Part shown: piece by piece, positions 17,522 to 26,232 of the stretch
How positions within the stretch are numbered: the first letter of the stretch is position 1
Layout of the letters: each line of letters starts with the position of its first letter
Source: a bacterium
GTDB taxonomy: Bacteria > UBA8248
NCBI GenBank assembly: GCA_965261085.1
Contig: OZ253442.1
Span: forward strand, 640,001-704,000
Direction of reading: 5' to 3'
Length of the DNA: 64,000 nt
Program-made: the position numbers and the translations under genes
Notes under the pieces: model-generated
Told to the model about the DNA's origin: nothing
The model's database searches: none
The model's input: only the letters and a program-made list of their open reading frames with translations

Positions 17522-18541
17522 ATGGATGAATTCGAGTTTTTCCTGGGAAAAGAATGGTCAGATGGCTTGCCTGTCGTGACGCCGACGGAAGAGAGAATCG
17601 GTTTGATGCTCTCTGGAACCAGAAGGGAGTCGGGCGAAGTAATCGGCCATGTAGCTCCGGCTGGGGGCGAGCTCAGCATACAAACCATGGCAACGCATGC
17701 CGTGATGGCGGGATGTAAGCCTGAATACATGCCAGTGTTGATAGCAGGACTGGAAGCGCTTCTTGATGAGCGGTTTAACGTAAATCTGATTCAGGCCACA
17801 ACGAGCGCGGGCGCACCATTTTTGTTGGTCAATGGCCCCTACGCCAAGGAAATCGGACTACACGGGGGAGTGGGCTGCATGGGCCCCGGCTTTCGCGCAA
17901 ATCTGACTATTGGCCGCGCCGTGAGGCTCATCATGATGAATGTGGGAGGAGGAATTCCCGGAGTCACCTGCCTCGGTGGATTTGGAGGTCCTTGGCGAAA
18001 CACTTTTTGCATCATGGAGAACGAGGAGGAATCGCCTTGGGAGTCGTATGCAGAGTCCAAAGGGTTTTCAAAAAACGATAATGTGGTGACAATGATTCCC
18101 CTCGAAGGGCCCGTTCAGGTATGGGACGATGCGAGCCTGACTCCCGATAGGCTTCTTACGACGATTGCCGATATGATGTCCGCATTGGGTGGGCCCAACA
18201 TGTATCGGCAAGCGGACATGTCGGTTGTCCTGGGCGCGCAACATGCGCATCTTTGCGCTGACGCCGGGCTGACCCGTAGCGATGTCCATCAAAAGTTACT
18301 AGAAATGGGAGGGAGAACTATTGGGGATATAAAGCGCGGCGGCATCTGGCGAGGTGAGAAAGGCGCAGATCGCTGGCCGTTTCCCGTGGATGTGAATGAT
18401 GATGATTTTTTTGTGCCTGCGGTAGGTGATCCCGACGATCTTCATTTGATCGTCGCAGGAAGCAGAGGTTCACCCTCGAGCATGGTCATGCACGGAATTA
18501 CCGTGGCGTGCCGAGCCGTGATAAAAAAATTTAGTGTGTGA
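17522..18541 (+). CDS. WSDGLPV-PT family protein, paralogue 4
   Basis: same motif set. Confidence 0.88.
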   Translation: MDEFEFFLGKEWSDGLPVVTPTEERIGLMLSGTRRESGEVIGHVAPAGGELSIQTMATHAVMAGCKPEYMPVLIAGLEALLDERFNVNLIQATTSAGAPFLLVNGPYAKEIGLHGGVGCMGPGFRANLTIGRAVRLIMMNVGGGIPGVTCLGGFGGPWRNTFCIMENEEESPWESYAESKGFSKNDNVVTMIPLEGPVQVWDDASLTPDRLLTTIADMMSALGGPNMYRQADMSVVLGAQHAHLCADAGLTRSDVHQKLLEMGGRTIGDIKRGGIWRGEKGADRWPFPVDVNDDDFFVPAVGDPDDLHLIVAGSRGSPSSMVMHGITVACRAVIKKFSV

Positions 18542-18629
18542 AATAGCTTGATGGCGTGACAAAATCTCATGTGCCACTTGTTCGTATAAGCCTTTGTGAA
18601 GCTAGTAATGGTTTGGTGTTTTTCTGAAG

Positions 18630-18662
18630 AAAAAAGCCCCGGCAGCTTGCCGGGGCTTTTTT
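18630..18662. terminator. bidirectional intrinsic terminator
   Basis: A6-GCCCCGGCA-GCT-TGCCGGGGC-T6 between convergent genes. Confidence 0.9.
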
Positions 18663-18677
18663 GTGATTGATCGCCAG

Positions 18678-20939
18678 TTAATGGCCGTTGCTTTTACCGT
18701 TTTTCTTCATGACCGCCCAGCAGACTCGCTCAGGCGTGATGGGAAGGTCGTAAACTTCCGTGCCTATCGCATCGTTGATGGCGAGGGCGACGGCGGCTGG
18801 CGCATTATTACATGGTGGTTCTCCGACGCCCCGCGCACCATATGGACCCGCGCCTTCTCCACATTCGAGAACGACAGACTCAAACTCGCCAATATCCGAG
18901 GAGGTGGGAATCAGGTACTCGTGAAAACTCTGTGATCGGCAATCTCCTTCCACCATGGTGATTTCCTCGTGCAGAGCGTAGCCAATCCCCATCACCGCGC
19001 CCCCTTCAAATTGCCCCTCCACGCTTTGAGGGTTTAGCGCTCGCCCGACATCATGGGTGGCGACATGCTTCAAGAGATTCACTTCGCCAGTTTCGACATC
19101 AACTTCCACTTCGCTTGCATGAACGCCAAAGGTGTAGTCCGCCCATCCGCCCATGCCGTTCATGTATCGTTCCGGATTCTCATATTCGTGCCCCGGCATG
19201 TTGTAGCCATGCGTGCAATGGAGTGACTCGCCCATTTGCTTGGCTTCGCCCGCCGCGGCTCCGATGGTCACTCTCCTCTCGGGAGAGGAGGCCACCCACG
19301 CTTCGCCGCCAGCGATGCGAATGTCTTCCTCCGCAGCCTCAAGCAACGATGCGGCACCTTTTGTGACAGCTTTTCGAACCTCGTCTGCTGCAAGCCGAAC
19401 GGCGTGCCCCGCCATAAGCGTTTGGCGGGAGCCTGCAGTGATGCCCGAAAGCGGCGTAGTGGCGGAATCGGACAAGCGGGTGGAAACTTGGTTGAGCCTG
19501 AGCCCCAGGGTTTCAGCCGTGATGCTTTGAAGCGTAGCGCCCTGCCCTGCCCCAATATCTGGTGCGCTCACACGGACCACGGCACTGCCGTCCGGCTCGA
19601 GGTGAACGGCTGCATTCGCATCGTCACTCGGCCTTCCGTAGCCGGTAATATTCGCAGCCGCCGCCCGGCCAATGCGCTTGCCAGGGCCTGGTTTAGCGGG
19701 TTCGCCCAGGGCCTTAAGCGCGCTATCGAGGCATCCTTCCAGGTTTGGTTCATAAGGAATTTTCTGCCCAGTCGGCAGTTCTTGTCCTTTCTGAATGAAA
19801 TTTTTTCGCCTGAATTCGTATTTGTCCATGCCGATGGCGTCTGCGACCAGGTTCATTTGATTTTCATAAGCGAAGCAAACCTGGTTCGACCCAACACCGC
19901 GCATTGCGTTGGTGATGGGGTTATTGGTGAGGTAGCCGTGCGCGCGAATTTTCACGTGGGAAACGTCATATGGGCCTGCGGCGATGCACATCGCGCCCAA
20001 GAGGAACAAATTGGATTTATATGGATAGGCGCCTGCGTCGCCTACGATATCCGCTTGCACGGCCAGGATTTTCCCGTCCTTGGTGGCTCCCGTTTTGTAC
20101 TTCATATAAAAAGGATGCTTTTTCGAGGTGTTTCTAATGCCATGCTCGCGCCCCAGCACCATCACGGCCGACCTTCGAGTATGCCAGGTGAGTAGAGCAA
20201 GGTAGGGTTCTACGGTCAGCATGCCCTTGGCGCCGAATCCCCCGCCGACATAAGTGCCAAGGTGACGAACGCGGCTCTGAGAAATCCCCAAAATCGCCGC
20301 TATGGCGCGATAATATTCGATAAGCTGCGTGCCGACGCGAATGGTAATAACGCCGTCTTCTTCCATCCAGGAAGTGCCGGATGCGGGTTCCAGGAATGCG
20401 TGTTCGGCAAGTTGCGTGGTGTATGTTTTCTCAATCACCACATCGGCTTCGTCAAACGCGGTTTTTATGTCTCCACGGATAACCTCGAAATCACACGCCT
20501 GTCGTTTCTCGGCGCTCGTTTCATCATGACGCGTTGTCCACACCCCTTCTTCTGCTTCGATTTCCACCTCGATGGCCGAGATGGCGGCATCAAGCGCTTC
20601 CCTGGTCTCAGCGCCTACGATTGCAAGGGCGTCTCCCGTAAATTCGATTTTATCTTCCACCAGCACTGGCTGATGTGGCAGGCCCGGCGTGCCGGAGCCG
20701 TATCGAACGTTCGTGCCGGGAATGTCCTTTGCGGTCAGAATGGCGGCTACGCCTGGAATTTTTTCAGCTATTGAAGTGTCGAGTTTTTTCAAACGGCCTA
20801 CGGGGACGGGCGTAAATAATACGCCGCACTGCAAAGCGCCTGCGGGGATCGCGTCTTCTCCGTAGGGCATGGAACCATCCGCTTTCGGAATAGAATCATA
20901 TCGGACGTTCGATTTGCCGATGATATCGTAATCGGGCAT
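18678..20939 (-). CDS. xanthine dehydrogenase/aldehyde oxidoreductase family molybdopterin-binding subunit
   Basis: AAGGAG before ATG 20939; EHAFLEP, VGGGFGAK, AMRGVG, AGSRQT, GQFEGG, ARGVGEPP. Confidence 0.92.
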   Translation of the reverse strand: MPDYDIIGKSNVRYDSIPKADGSMPYGEDAIPAGALQCGVLFTPVPVGRLKKLDTSIAEKIPGVAAILTAKDIPGTNVRYGSGTPGLPHQPVLVEDKIEFTGDALAIVGAETREALDAAISAIEVEIEAEEGVWTTRHDETSAEKRQACDFEVIRGDIKTAFDEADVVIEKTYTTQLAEHAFLEPASGTSWMEEDGVITIRVGTQLIEYYRAIAAILGISQSRVRHLGTYVGGGFGAKGMLTVEPYLALLTWHTRRSAVMVLGREHGIRNTSKKHPFYMKYKTGATKDGKILAVQADIVGDAGAYPYKSNLFLLGAMCIAAGPYDVSHVKIRAHGYLTNNPITNAMRGVGSNQVCFAYENQMNLVADAIGMDKYEFRRKNFIQKGQELPTGQKIPYEPNLEGCLDSALKALGEPAKPGPGKRIGRAAAANITGYGRPSDDANAAVHLEPDGSAVVRVSAPDIGAGQGATLQSITAETLGLRLNQVSTRLSDSATTPLSGITAGSRQTLMAGHAVRLAADEVRKAVTKGAASLLEAAEEDIRIAGGEAWVASSPERRVTIGAAAGEAKQMGESLHCTHGYNMPGHEYENPERYMNGMGGWADYTFGVHASEVEVDVETGEVNLLKHVATHDVGRALNPQSVEGQFEGGAVMGIGYALHEEITMVEGDCRSQSFHEYLIPTSSDIGEFESVVLECGEGAGPYGARGVGEPPCNNAPAAVALAINDAIGTEVYDLPITPERVCWAVMKKNGKSNGH

Positions 20940-21135
20940 TTGTTTACTCCTTAAGGATAGAGAATTCCCATGAATTGGACTTGATTTTGCCAAAATTCGA
21001 CGAATCTGAGAAGCGGGCGAAAAGAATCATTCATGTTTTCGAGAAAAAATCGAATCGATGGATATCGTAGACAAGGAGTGATTTGCGAGATATGATTTAG
21101 ACACGGGTGAATTCACATATTATATGGAGAAAACC

Positions 21136-21666
21136 ATGGCGAACGGAATGGGATTTATCGACCCGACGGCGGGTGGCTCGGCTGCGCGAATCGAGCTTGC
21201 GCAACGGCCCGACGATCTTTCTGGAAAAGTGGTGGGCCTCCTCGATAACACCAAAGAACAAGCAGATATTATTTTAGAAACTCTGGGGAATGCTCTGCGC
21301 GAGCAATACGATGTGGCCAGAGTCGTCTCGCTGCGCAAGGAGCATTACTCGAAACCCGCCACGGATGAAATGATCGAAGAAATGGCCCAGGAGGTGGATG
21401 TGGCGATTGCCGCATTGGGCGGCTGAGGCTCCTGCACGTTGTGCAGTGTGCACGACACCGTTGAATTTGAAAAACGTGGCATTCCTTCAACGACCATCAT
21501 CACCGAGGCATTCAAGAACGCGGCGGACTTTCAATTCCGTGGCAAAGGCATGGAAGGCCACCCGTATGTGCAGTTGCCTCACCCAGTCAGTAATTTACAG
21601 CCCGAAGAAATGCGGGAGACTACGCTCAAGTTTGTCGAAGAAGTGGCCAGCCATCTGAAAAGCTGA
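21136..21666 (+). CDS. UGSC-family selenoprotein; TGA 21424-21426 predicted selenocysteine
   Basis: ORFs 21124-21426 and 21439-21666 share a frame and read ALGG-U-GSCTLCSVHD..EKRGIP...PHP; GGAG before ATG 21136. Confidence 0.88.
21438..21456 (+). promoter_or_regulatory. putative bacterial SECIS hairpin
   Basis: GTTGTGCA-GTG-TGCACGAC, 8-bp stem with G-led loop 19 nt after the TGA. Confidence 0.6.
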
Positions 21667-21705
21667 TCCGAGTCGAAGCGAAAAGGTATTTTCCAGGAGG
21701 GGTAT

Positions 21706-22488
21706 GTGCGCGAATTTGAAACGATATCTTATTCGGAAGAAGATGGATTGGCGTTAGTGAAGCTCAACCGCCCGGAGAGCCTGAATGCGGTCAGCTTCAA
21801 GATGGCGGAAGAATTCGTGGAATTGGCGCGAACCTTGGCCGACGCACAGAAAGTGCGTGTAGTTATCCTCACTGGAGAGGGACGCTCTTTCAGTACGGGT
21901 CGAGACTTGAAAGAAAGCGCTACGCATACGAAGGAGATGGCTGATCAGTACCAGCGTCATGTGATGGTGACGACGACATTATGGGAGCGTTTACCCATGC
22001 CCACCATCGCCGCCATCAATGGTCACGCGTTTGGCTGGGGTGTGGAAATTACATTGGGATGCGACATCAGGCTGGCTGCGGAAGAGGCCACTCTTTGTCT
22101 GCCGGAATGCAGCTTGGGTATTTTCCCTGGGGCTGGCGGGGTGGTCAGGCTCCAAAGAATCATGCCGGCTGGCCAGGCGAAAGAGCTGGTTTTCACGAGC
22201 AAGCGAATCGATGGAATAGAAGCCGAGCGCATCGGTTTGGTGAACAAGGCACATCCGCGTGACAGTCTCATGAACGAAGCGACGGCCATGGCGGAAACGA
22301 TAAGAGACAATGGCCCTCTGGGAGTTCGCGGGGCAAAGAAAGTAATCGACCAAACACTCGATATGCCGCTCGCTCAGGCTGTAGAGTTTTCCAACGCCCT
22401 CAGGTTGCCGTTGAATCACACCAAAGATTTCGCCGAAGCGCTGGCGGCGTTCAAAGAGAAGAGGAAACCCAATTTTACAGGAGAATAA
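21706..22488 (+). CDS. enoyl-CoA hydratase/isomerase (crotonase) family
   Basis: LNRPESLNA, FSTGRDL, AAINGHAFGWGVE, PECSLGIFPGAGG. Confidence 0.92.
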   Translation: MREFETISYSEEDGLALVKLNRPESLNAVSFKMAEEFVELARTLADAQKVRVVILTGEGRSFSTGRDLKESATHTKEMADQYQRHVMVTTTLWERLPMPTIAAINGHAFGWGVEITLGCDIRLAAEEATLCLPECSLGIFPGAGGVVRLQRIMPAGQAKELVFTSKRIDGIEAERIGLVNKAHPRDSLMNEATAMAETIRDNGPLGVRGAKKVIDQTLDMPLAQAVEFSNALRLPLNHTKDFAEALAAFKEKRKPNFTGE

Positions 22489-22517
22489 AAGTCGTCAAAA
22501 TTTTGCATGAACTACCG

Positions 22518-22545
22518 AGCCTGTCCTCCTGAGGATGGGCTTTTT
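22518..22545 (+). terminator. possible intrinsic terminator after first crotonase
   Basis: AGCCTGTCCTC..GAGGATGGGCT hairpin followed by a T-run. Confidence 0.5.
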
Positions 22546-22550
22546 GTTCA

Positions 22551-23264
22551 TTGGGACGGAAAATGAATCAAGACCTGCTTATCACACATATTGAATCCAA
22601 TATCGCAAGCATCACAGTGAATCGCCCGGAAACGCGAAATGCGTTCAACACGCCATTGATGAAGGCCATGTGTATGGTGATGGCTGAAATTAAGGCCAAG
22701 CGGGATGTTAAAGTTCTTATAGTGACGGGCGCAGGAAGTTCTTTTTCTTCAGGCCGCGATCTGAAAGAAAGCACCACCCATACAAAAGAGCAAGCCAAGA
22801 GTTTCATGATGTTGGGTGAGAGATGGAGTACGACTCTCCGTGAATTGCCTGTTCCCACGATAGCCGCGGTGAACGGCCCCGCCTTCGGGTGGGGAATGGT
22901 GTTGATGCTCGCATGTGACATTCGTATTGCGGTGAATGATGCAATTTTGGGATATCCAGAGACCGCGTTGGGAGTATTTCCGGGAGCAGATGCCACCGTT
23001 CGTCTGACCCGACAGATTTTTGTGCCATCTGCAAAAGATTTGGTGCTCACCGGCAGAAGGTTTGATGCGCAAGAGGGATATCGCTTAGGATTGTTGAATC
23101 GGATCACTTCTAAGAGAGAATTGAGGGCGGAAACTGACGCTCTGGCTGGTGAAATTGCCCAAAATCCGCTGGAAAGACTAAAAGCGATGAAATCAACATT
23201 TGTGAAAGTTGAAATGATGCCGCGTTTTGGACATTTATCGGTGGCCGAGAAACTCGAACGATGA
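22551..23264 (+). CDS. enoyl-CoA hydratase/isomerase family, paralogue (start may be ATG 22563)
   Basis: VNRPETRNA, FSSGRDLKES, AAVNGPAFGWG, PETALGVFPG. Confidence 0.88.
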   Translation: MGRKMNQDLLITHIESNIASITVNRPETRNAFNTPLMKAMCMVMAEIKAKRDVKVLIVTGAGSSFSSGRDLKESTTHTKEQAKSFMMLGERWSTTLRELPVPTIAAVNGPAFGWGMVLMLACDIRIAVNDAILGYPETALGVFPGADATVRLTRQIFVPSAKDLVLTGRRFDAQEGYRLGLLNRITSKRELRAETDALAGEIAQNPLERLKAMKSTFVKVEMMPRFGHLSVAEKLER

Positions 23265-23641
23265 AAGTCCGGGAGTGTTTTTTGCAGGCGGTAGCGATTG
23301 TTGGAGCGGAGGAAGACGCCAGAGAGGCATGGACGGCTATGAACAGGATAAATGCACCTTGGGCCGCGATTTTTAATGAGAAACGCTTGGTGGGGATCTT
23401 AAATAAAAGCGACATTGATGCGGTTATTCGTGTGCCCGAGGTTTTTCAAATAGTGGGGGAGATTGCCGAGAAGGGAATGCCTGCGAGGCGAGGAATGTCT
23501 TTGTCTCCAAACATGGATTTGAACGAGGCTGCTCTTCAACTCGAAATGGCGAGAACGGATGCCGCTTTAGTCGAAGGTGTTGGCAGACCACCTGGCGTTA
23601 TTGAAATGGATGCAGCCAATCGCGCATTGTTATTTACTTAA
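23261..23641 (+). CDS. hypothetical protein, degenerate CBS-pair-like
   Basis: ATGA overlap with upstream gene; RLVGILNKSDI and LSPNMDLNEAA resemble CBS motifs. Confidence 0.55.
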   Translation: MKVRECFLQAVAIVGAEEDAREAWTAMNRINAPWAAIFNEKRLVGILNKSDIDAVIRVPEVFQIVGEIAEKGMPARRGMSLSPNMDLNEAALQLEMARTDAALVEGVGRPPGVIEMDAANRALLFT

Positions 23642-23719
23642 TGATGCGCTTTTTGTTTTCCTTGAAGCTAGCCGAATCATTGCCTCGCTTTCGGGGAATG
23701 ATTAGCGGGAGGGGTATAG

Positions 23720-24916
23720 ATGGAATTCACATTAAGTGAAGATCAGTTGCGGATTCAGCAAATAGCCAGAAAATTTTCCTATGAAGAACTGGCCCCGGTG
23801 GCCCCCGAACGCGATCGGATTCAGAATTGGGAAGAGCGGATGCCGTGGGACTTGACGGAAAAAGCAAGCGCTTTGGGCCTCCGGCAACTGCCTTATCCGA
23901 AAGAATATGGCGGCATGGACGCCGATGTGCTTTCGTGTTGCCTGGCGGGGGAAGAGCTTGCCGTGGGTGATCTGGGTTTTGCGGTAAATCTGGATCAGAC
24001 CTGGAAGCTGTCTCATATCCTCGAAATAGTTGAGCCTGAACTCAGAGACCCCTGGATAAAACGCTTGTGTGAAGAACCAAGATTCCTGGTTGCGATTTCC
24101 ATGACGGAAGAAGGAGCGGGAAGCGATCACCAAGGATATTATGACGATCCCTCCATCGCGCTTTATGCGCGTGCGGAGAAAAAAAATGGCAAATGGATCA
24201 TCAATGGGAAAAAGCGCTACATCAGCAACGGCCCTGTGGCATCATTGTACGTTTTAGCGGCGAGAACTGATCTCAGCAAAAACCTAAGAGAAAGTTTAAC
24301 TGGTTTTCTGGTTCCGAGAGACACTCCTGGCGTATCGATCGGCCATGTGCATGAAAAAATTGGTCAACGTCTTTCGATGAATTCGGAAATCTTTTACGAA
24401 AATGTCGAAATTCCAGAGAACCACGTTATCTTAGGTGAAGGAAGCATGTTTGAAATCAGGGGCAATCTCCTGGCGATGGGCAAACCAGAAGCAGCCGCCA
24501 CAGTTCTGGGTGTCGGACGCGCCGCATTCGAAAAAGCCCTTGATTACAGCCGAAAACGTGTTCAGGGAGGCAAGCCCATCGCCCAGCATCAGGCGATAGA
24601 AACCATGCTCGCTGATATGGCGATGAATCTGGATATCGCGCGCACCTACATTTGGCGCACTGCCTGGGCGGTGGATCATCAAAAACCCTATGATTTCACG
24701 CAAGGATGGAAGTGCAAGGTTTTTGCATCGGAGGTTGCCTTTGACTGCGCGCGTCTGGGGATGGAGATATTTGGAGGAGCGGGCATTATGCACGACGCTC
24801 CCATGGAGAAATATCTTCGTGATGCCAGCACATTTTTGCATTCAGACGGCACGAATCAAGTCTTGCGGTTGAGAACGGCCCAGGCCTATGTGAAAGGCTT
24901 AGCCACGGCGTTTTAG
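23720..24916 (+). CDS. acyl-CoA dehydrogenase family protein
   Basis: MTEEGAGSD, INGKKRYISNG, RVQGGKPI, FGGAG...EKYLRDA, DGTNQV. Confidence 0.93.
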   Translation: MEFTLSEDQLRIQQIARKFSYEELAPVAPERDRIQNWEERMPWDLTEKASALGLRQLPYPKEYGGMDADVLSCCLAGEELAVGDLGFAVNLDQTWKLSHILEIVEPELRDPWIKRLCEEPRFLVAISMTEEGAGSDHQGYYDDPSIALYARAEKKNGKWIINGKKRYISNGPVASLYVLAARTDLSKNLRESLTGFLVPRDTPGVSIGHVHEKIGQRLSMNSEIFYENVEIPENHVILGEGSMFEIRGNLLAMGKPEAAATVLGVGRAAFEKALDYSRKRVQGGKPIAQHQAIETMLADMAMNLDIARTYIWRTAWAVDHQKPYDFTQGWKCKVFASEVAFDCARLGMEIFGGAGIMHDAPMEKYLRDASTFLHSDGTNQVLRLRTAQAYVKGLATAF

Positions 24917-24939
24917 CGACACCGAAAGAGGTATTCGAG

Positions 24940-25491
24940 ATGATGGGTCGGTTGGATGGCTGGCGGCAAGGTGAATTATTCCTTCAAGACGGAGAATCGC
25001 TAAAACATCATGTTGCTGACTGGCTGAAGAAAGTGCGCTCGGAATTCTCGGTTTTTATGTCGGATGAGGGCATTGCGGAAATAAGAATGTTGAATGGCGT
25101 GGAGAAGCCTCTCGCGGCTGATCATGCGAGTGAACAATCAACGCCTTTGAGTCGTCGAGCCTCAAAGGAAATAGAAGAGTACCTGAGAGGCACTCGCCAA
25201 AGTTTCAAACTGAAAACAGACCTCTCCATTCTCACGCCTTTTATGGAAAAGGTACTCAGGGAGACAGAAAAAATTCCTTATGGAGAGACACGCTCCTACG
25301 GCTGGGTGGCGAAGCAGATCGGCAACCTGAAAGCTTCACGCGCCGTTGGACAGGCGCTGCATAGAAATCCCGTTCCCCTTGTAATACCCTGACATCGGGT
25401 CATCGCGAGTTCGGGTGAACTCGGTGGATTCGCTAGCAGCGTGTCGCTCAAGGCGGCACTCTTAGTCCATGAGAGGAGTCATAAAAATTAG
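24940..25491 (+). CDS. ogt: methylated-DNA-protein-cysteine S-methyltransferase with TGA (predicted Sec) at the active site
   Basis: IPYGETRSYG..ASRAVGQA..RNPVPLVIP-TGA-HRVIASSGELGGF...KAALL.HE; readthrough ends at TAG 25491. Confidence 0.88.
25406..25423 (+). promoter_or_regulatory. putative bacterial SECIS hairpin
   Basis: CGAGTTC-GGGT-GAACTCG perfect 7-bp stem; loop starts 20 nt after TGA 25390-25392. Confidence 0.65.
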
Positions 25492-25541
25492 GGCACGCGG
25501 ATTTCGCTTGGTGGCATCCAGGAAATATCGGAGGATGAAAA

Positions 25542-26117
25542 ATGTCAAAACAGATGAATGATTTTGTCGATCATGTACGTCAAATTGTAAAAACAGGTGG
25601 CTCCGAAGAAGAAATAACCGCCCGCGTAGCGGCGAGCCTCGATCCGATTCTCAGTGACCCGGACTTGTTGAGTGATGATCAACTCTTGGTGAAACAAGAA
25701 GGATTTACGCTCAACCAGATTCATATCGAGCCGGATGAGAATTTCTCCATAGGTGCCGGCATATGGGATGTAGGACAGACTACTCCGATTCACGATCATG
25801 GTACTTGGGGCGTGATAGGCATTTACCGTGGAATGGAGAACGAAGAGAGTTTTTTGCGTGAAGGTCCCCGGGAAAACGGGGCCCGTGTAAATCTTACACC
25901 CCAAGGCAAACGCTTGGCCGGGCCCGGAGATGTCTTTGTCTGCTGCACAAAGGACAATGACGTGCACCGAGTGAGTTGTGCTTCGTCTGAACCCGTGGTG
26001 GGTGTCCATGTCTATGGTGGTAATCTCGCCAAGATAGCGCGTTTTAAGTACGAAGAATTAACCGGCGAAGTGAAATCGTTTAATACAGGGTGGGATTATG
26101 CGAAAAACTCTGCTTGA
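25542..26117 (+). CDS. cysteine/thiol dioxygenase family protein
   Basis: TPIHDHGTWG, DVHRV, VHVYGG. Confidence 0.82.
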   Translation: MSKQMNDFVDHVRQIVKTGGSEEEITARVAASLDPILSDPDLLSDDQLLVKQEGFTLNQIHIEPDENFSIGAGIWDVGQTTPIHDHGTWGVIGIYRGMENEESFLREGPRENGARVNLTPQGKRLAGPGDVFVCCTKDNDVHRVSCASSEPVVGVHVYGGNLAKIARFKYEELTGEVKSFNTGWDYAKNSA

Positions 26118-26232
26118 TGCATAAAAAACCGACGAAGGTATGCTTGATGCCGCAGAGCAATTTTTTCTGAGAAGTAATCAACAAATGCCTCCCCCAAGAA
26201 CATTCATTCCCATATGAAAACGAGCACATCCT

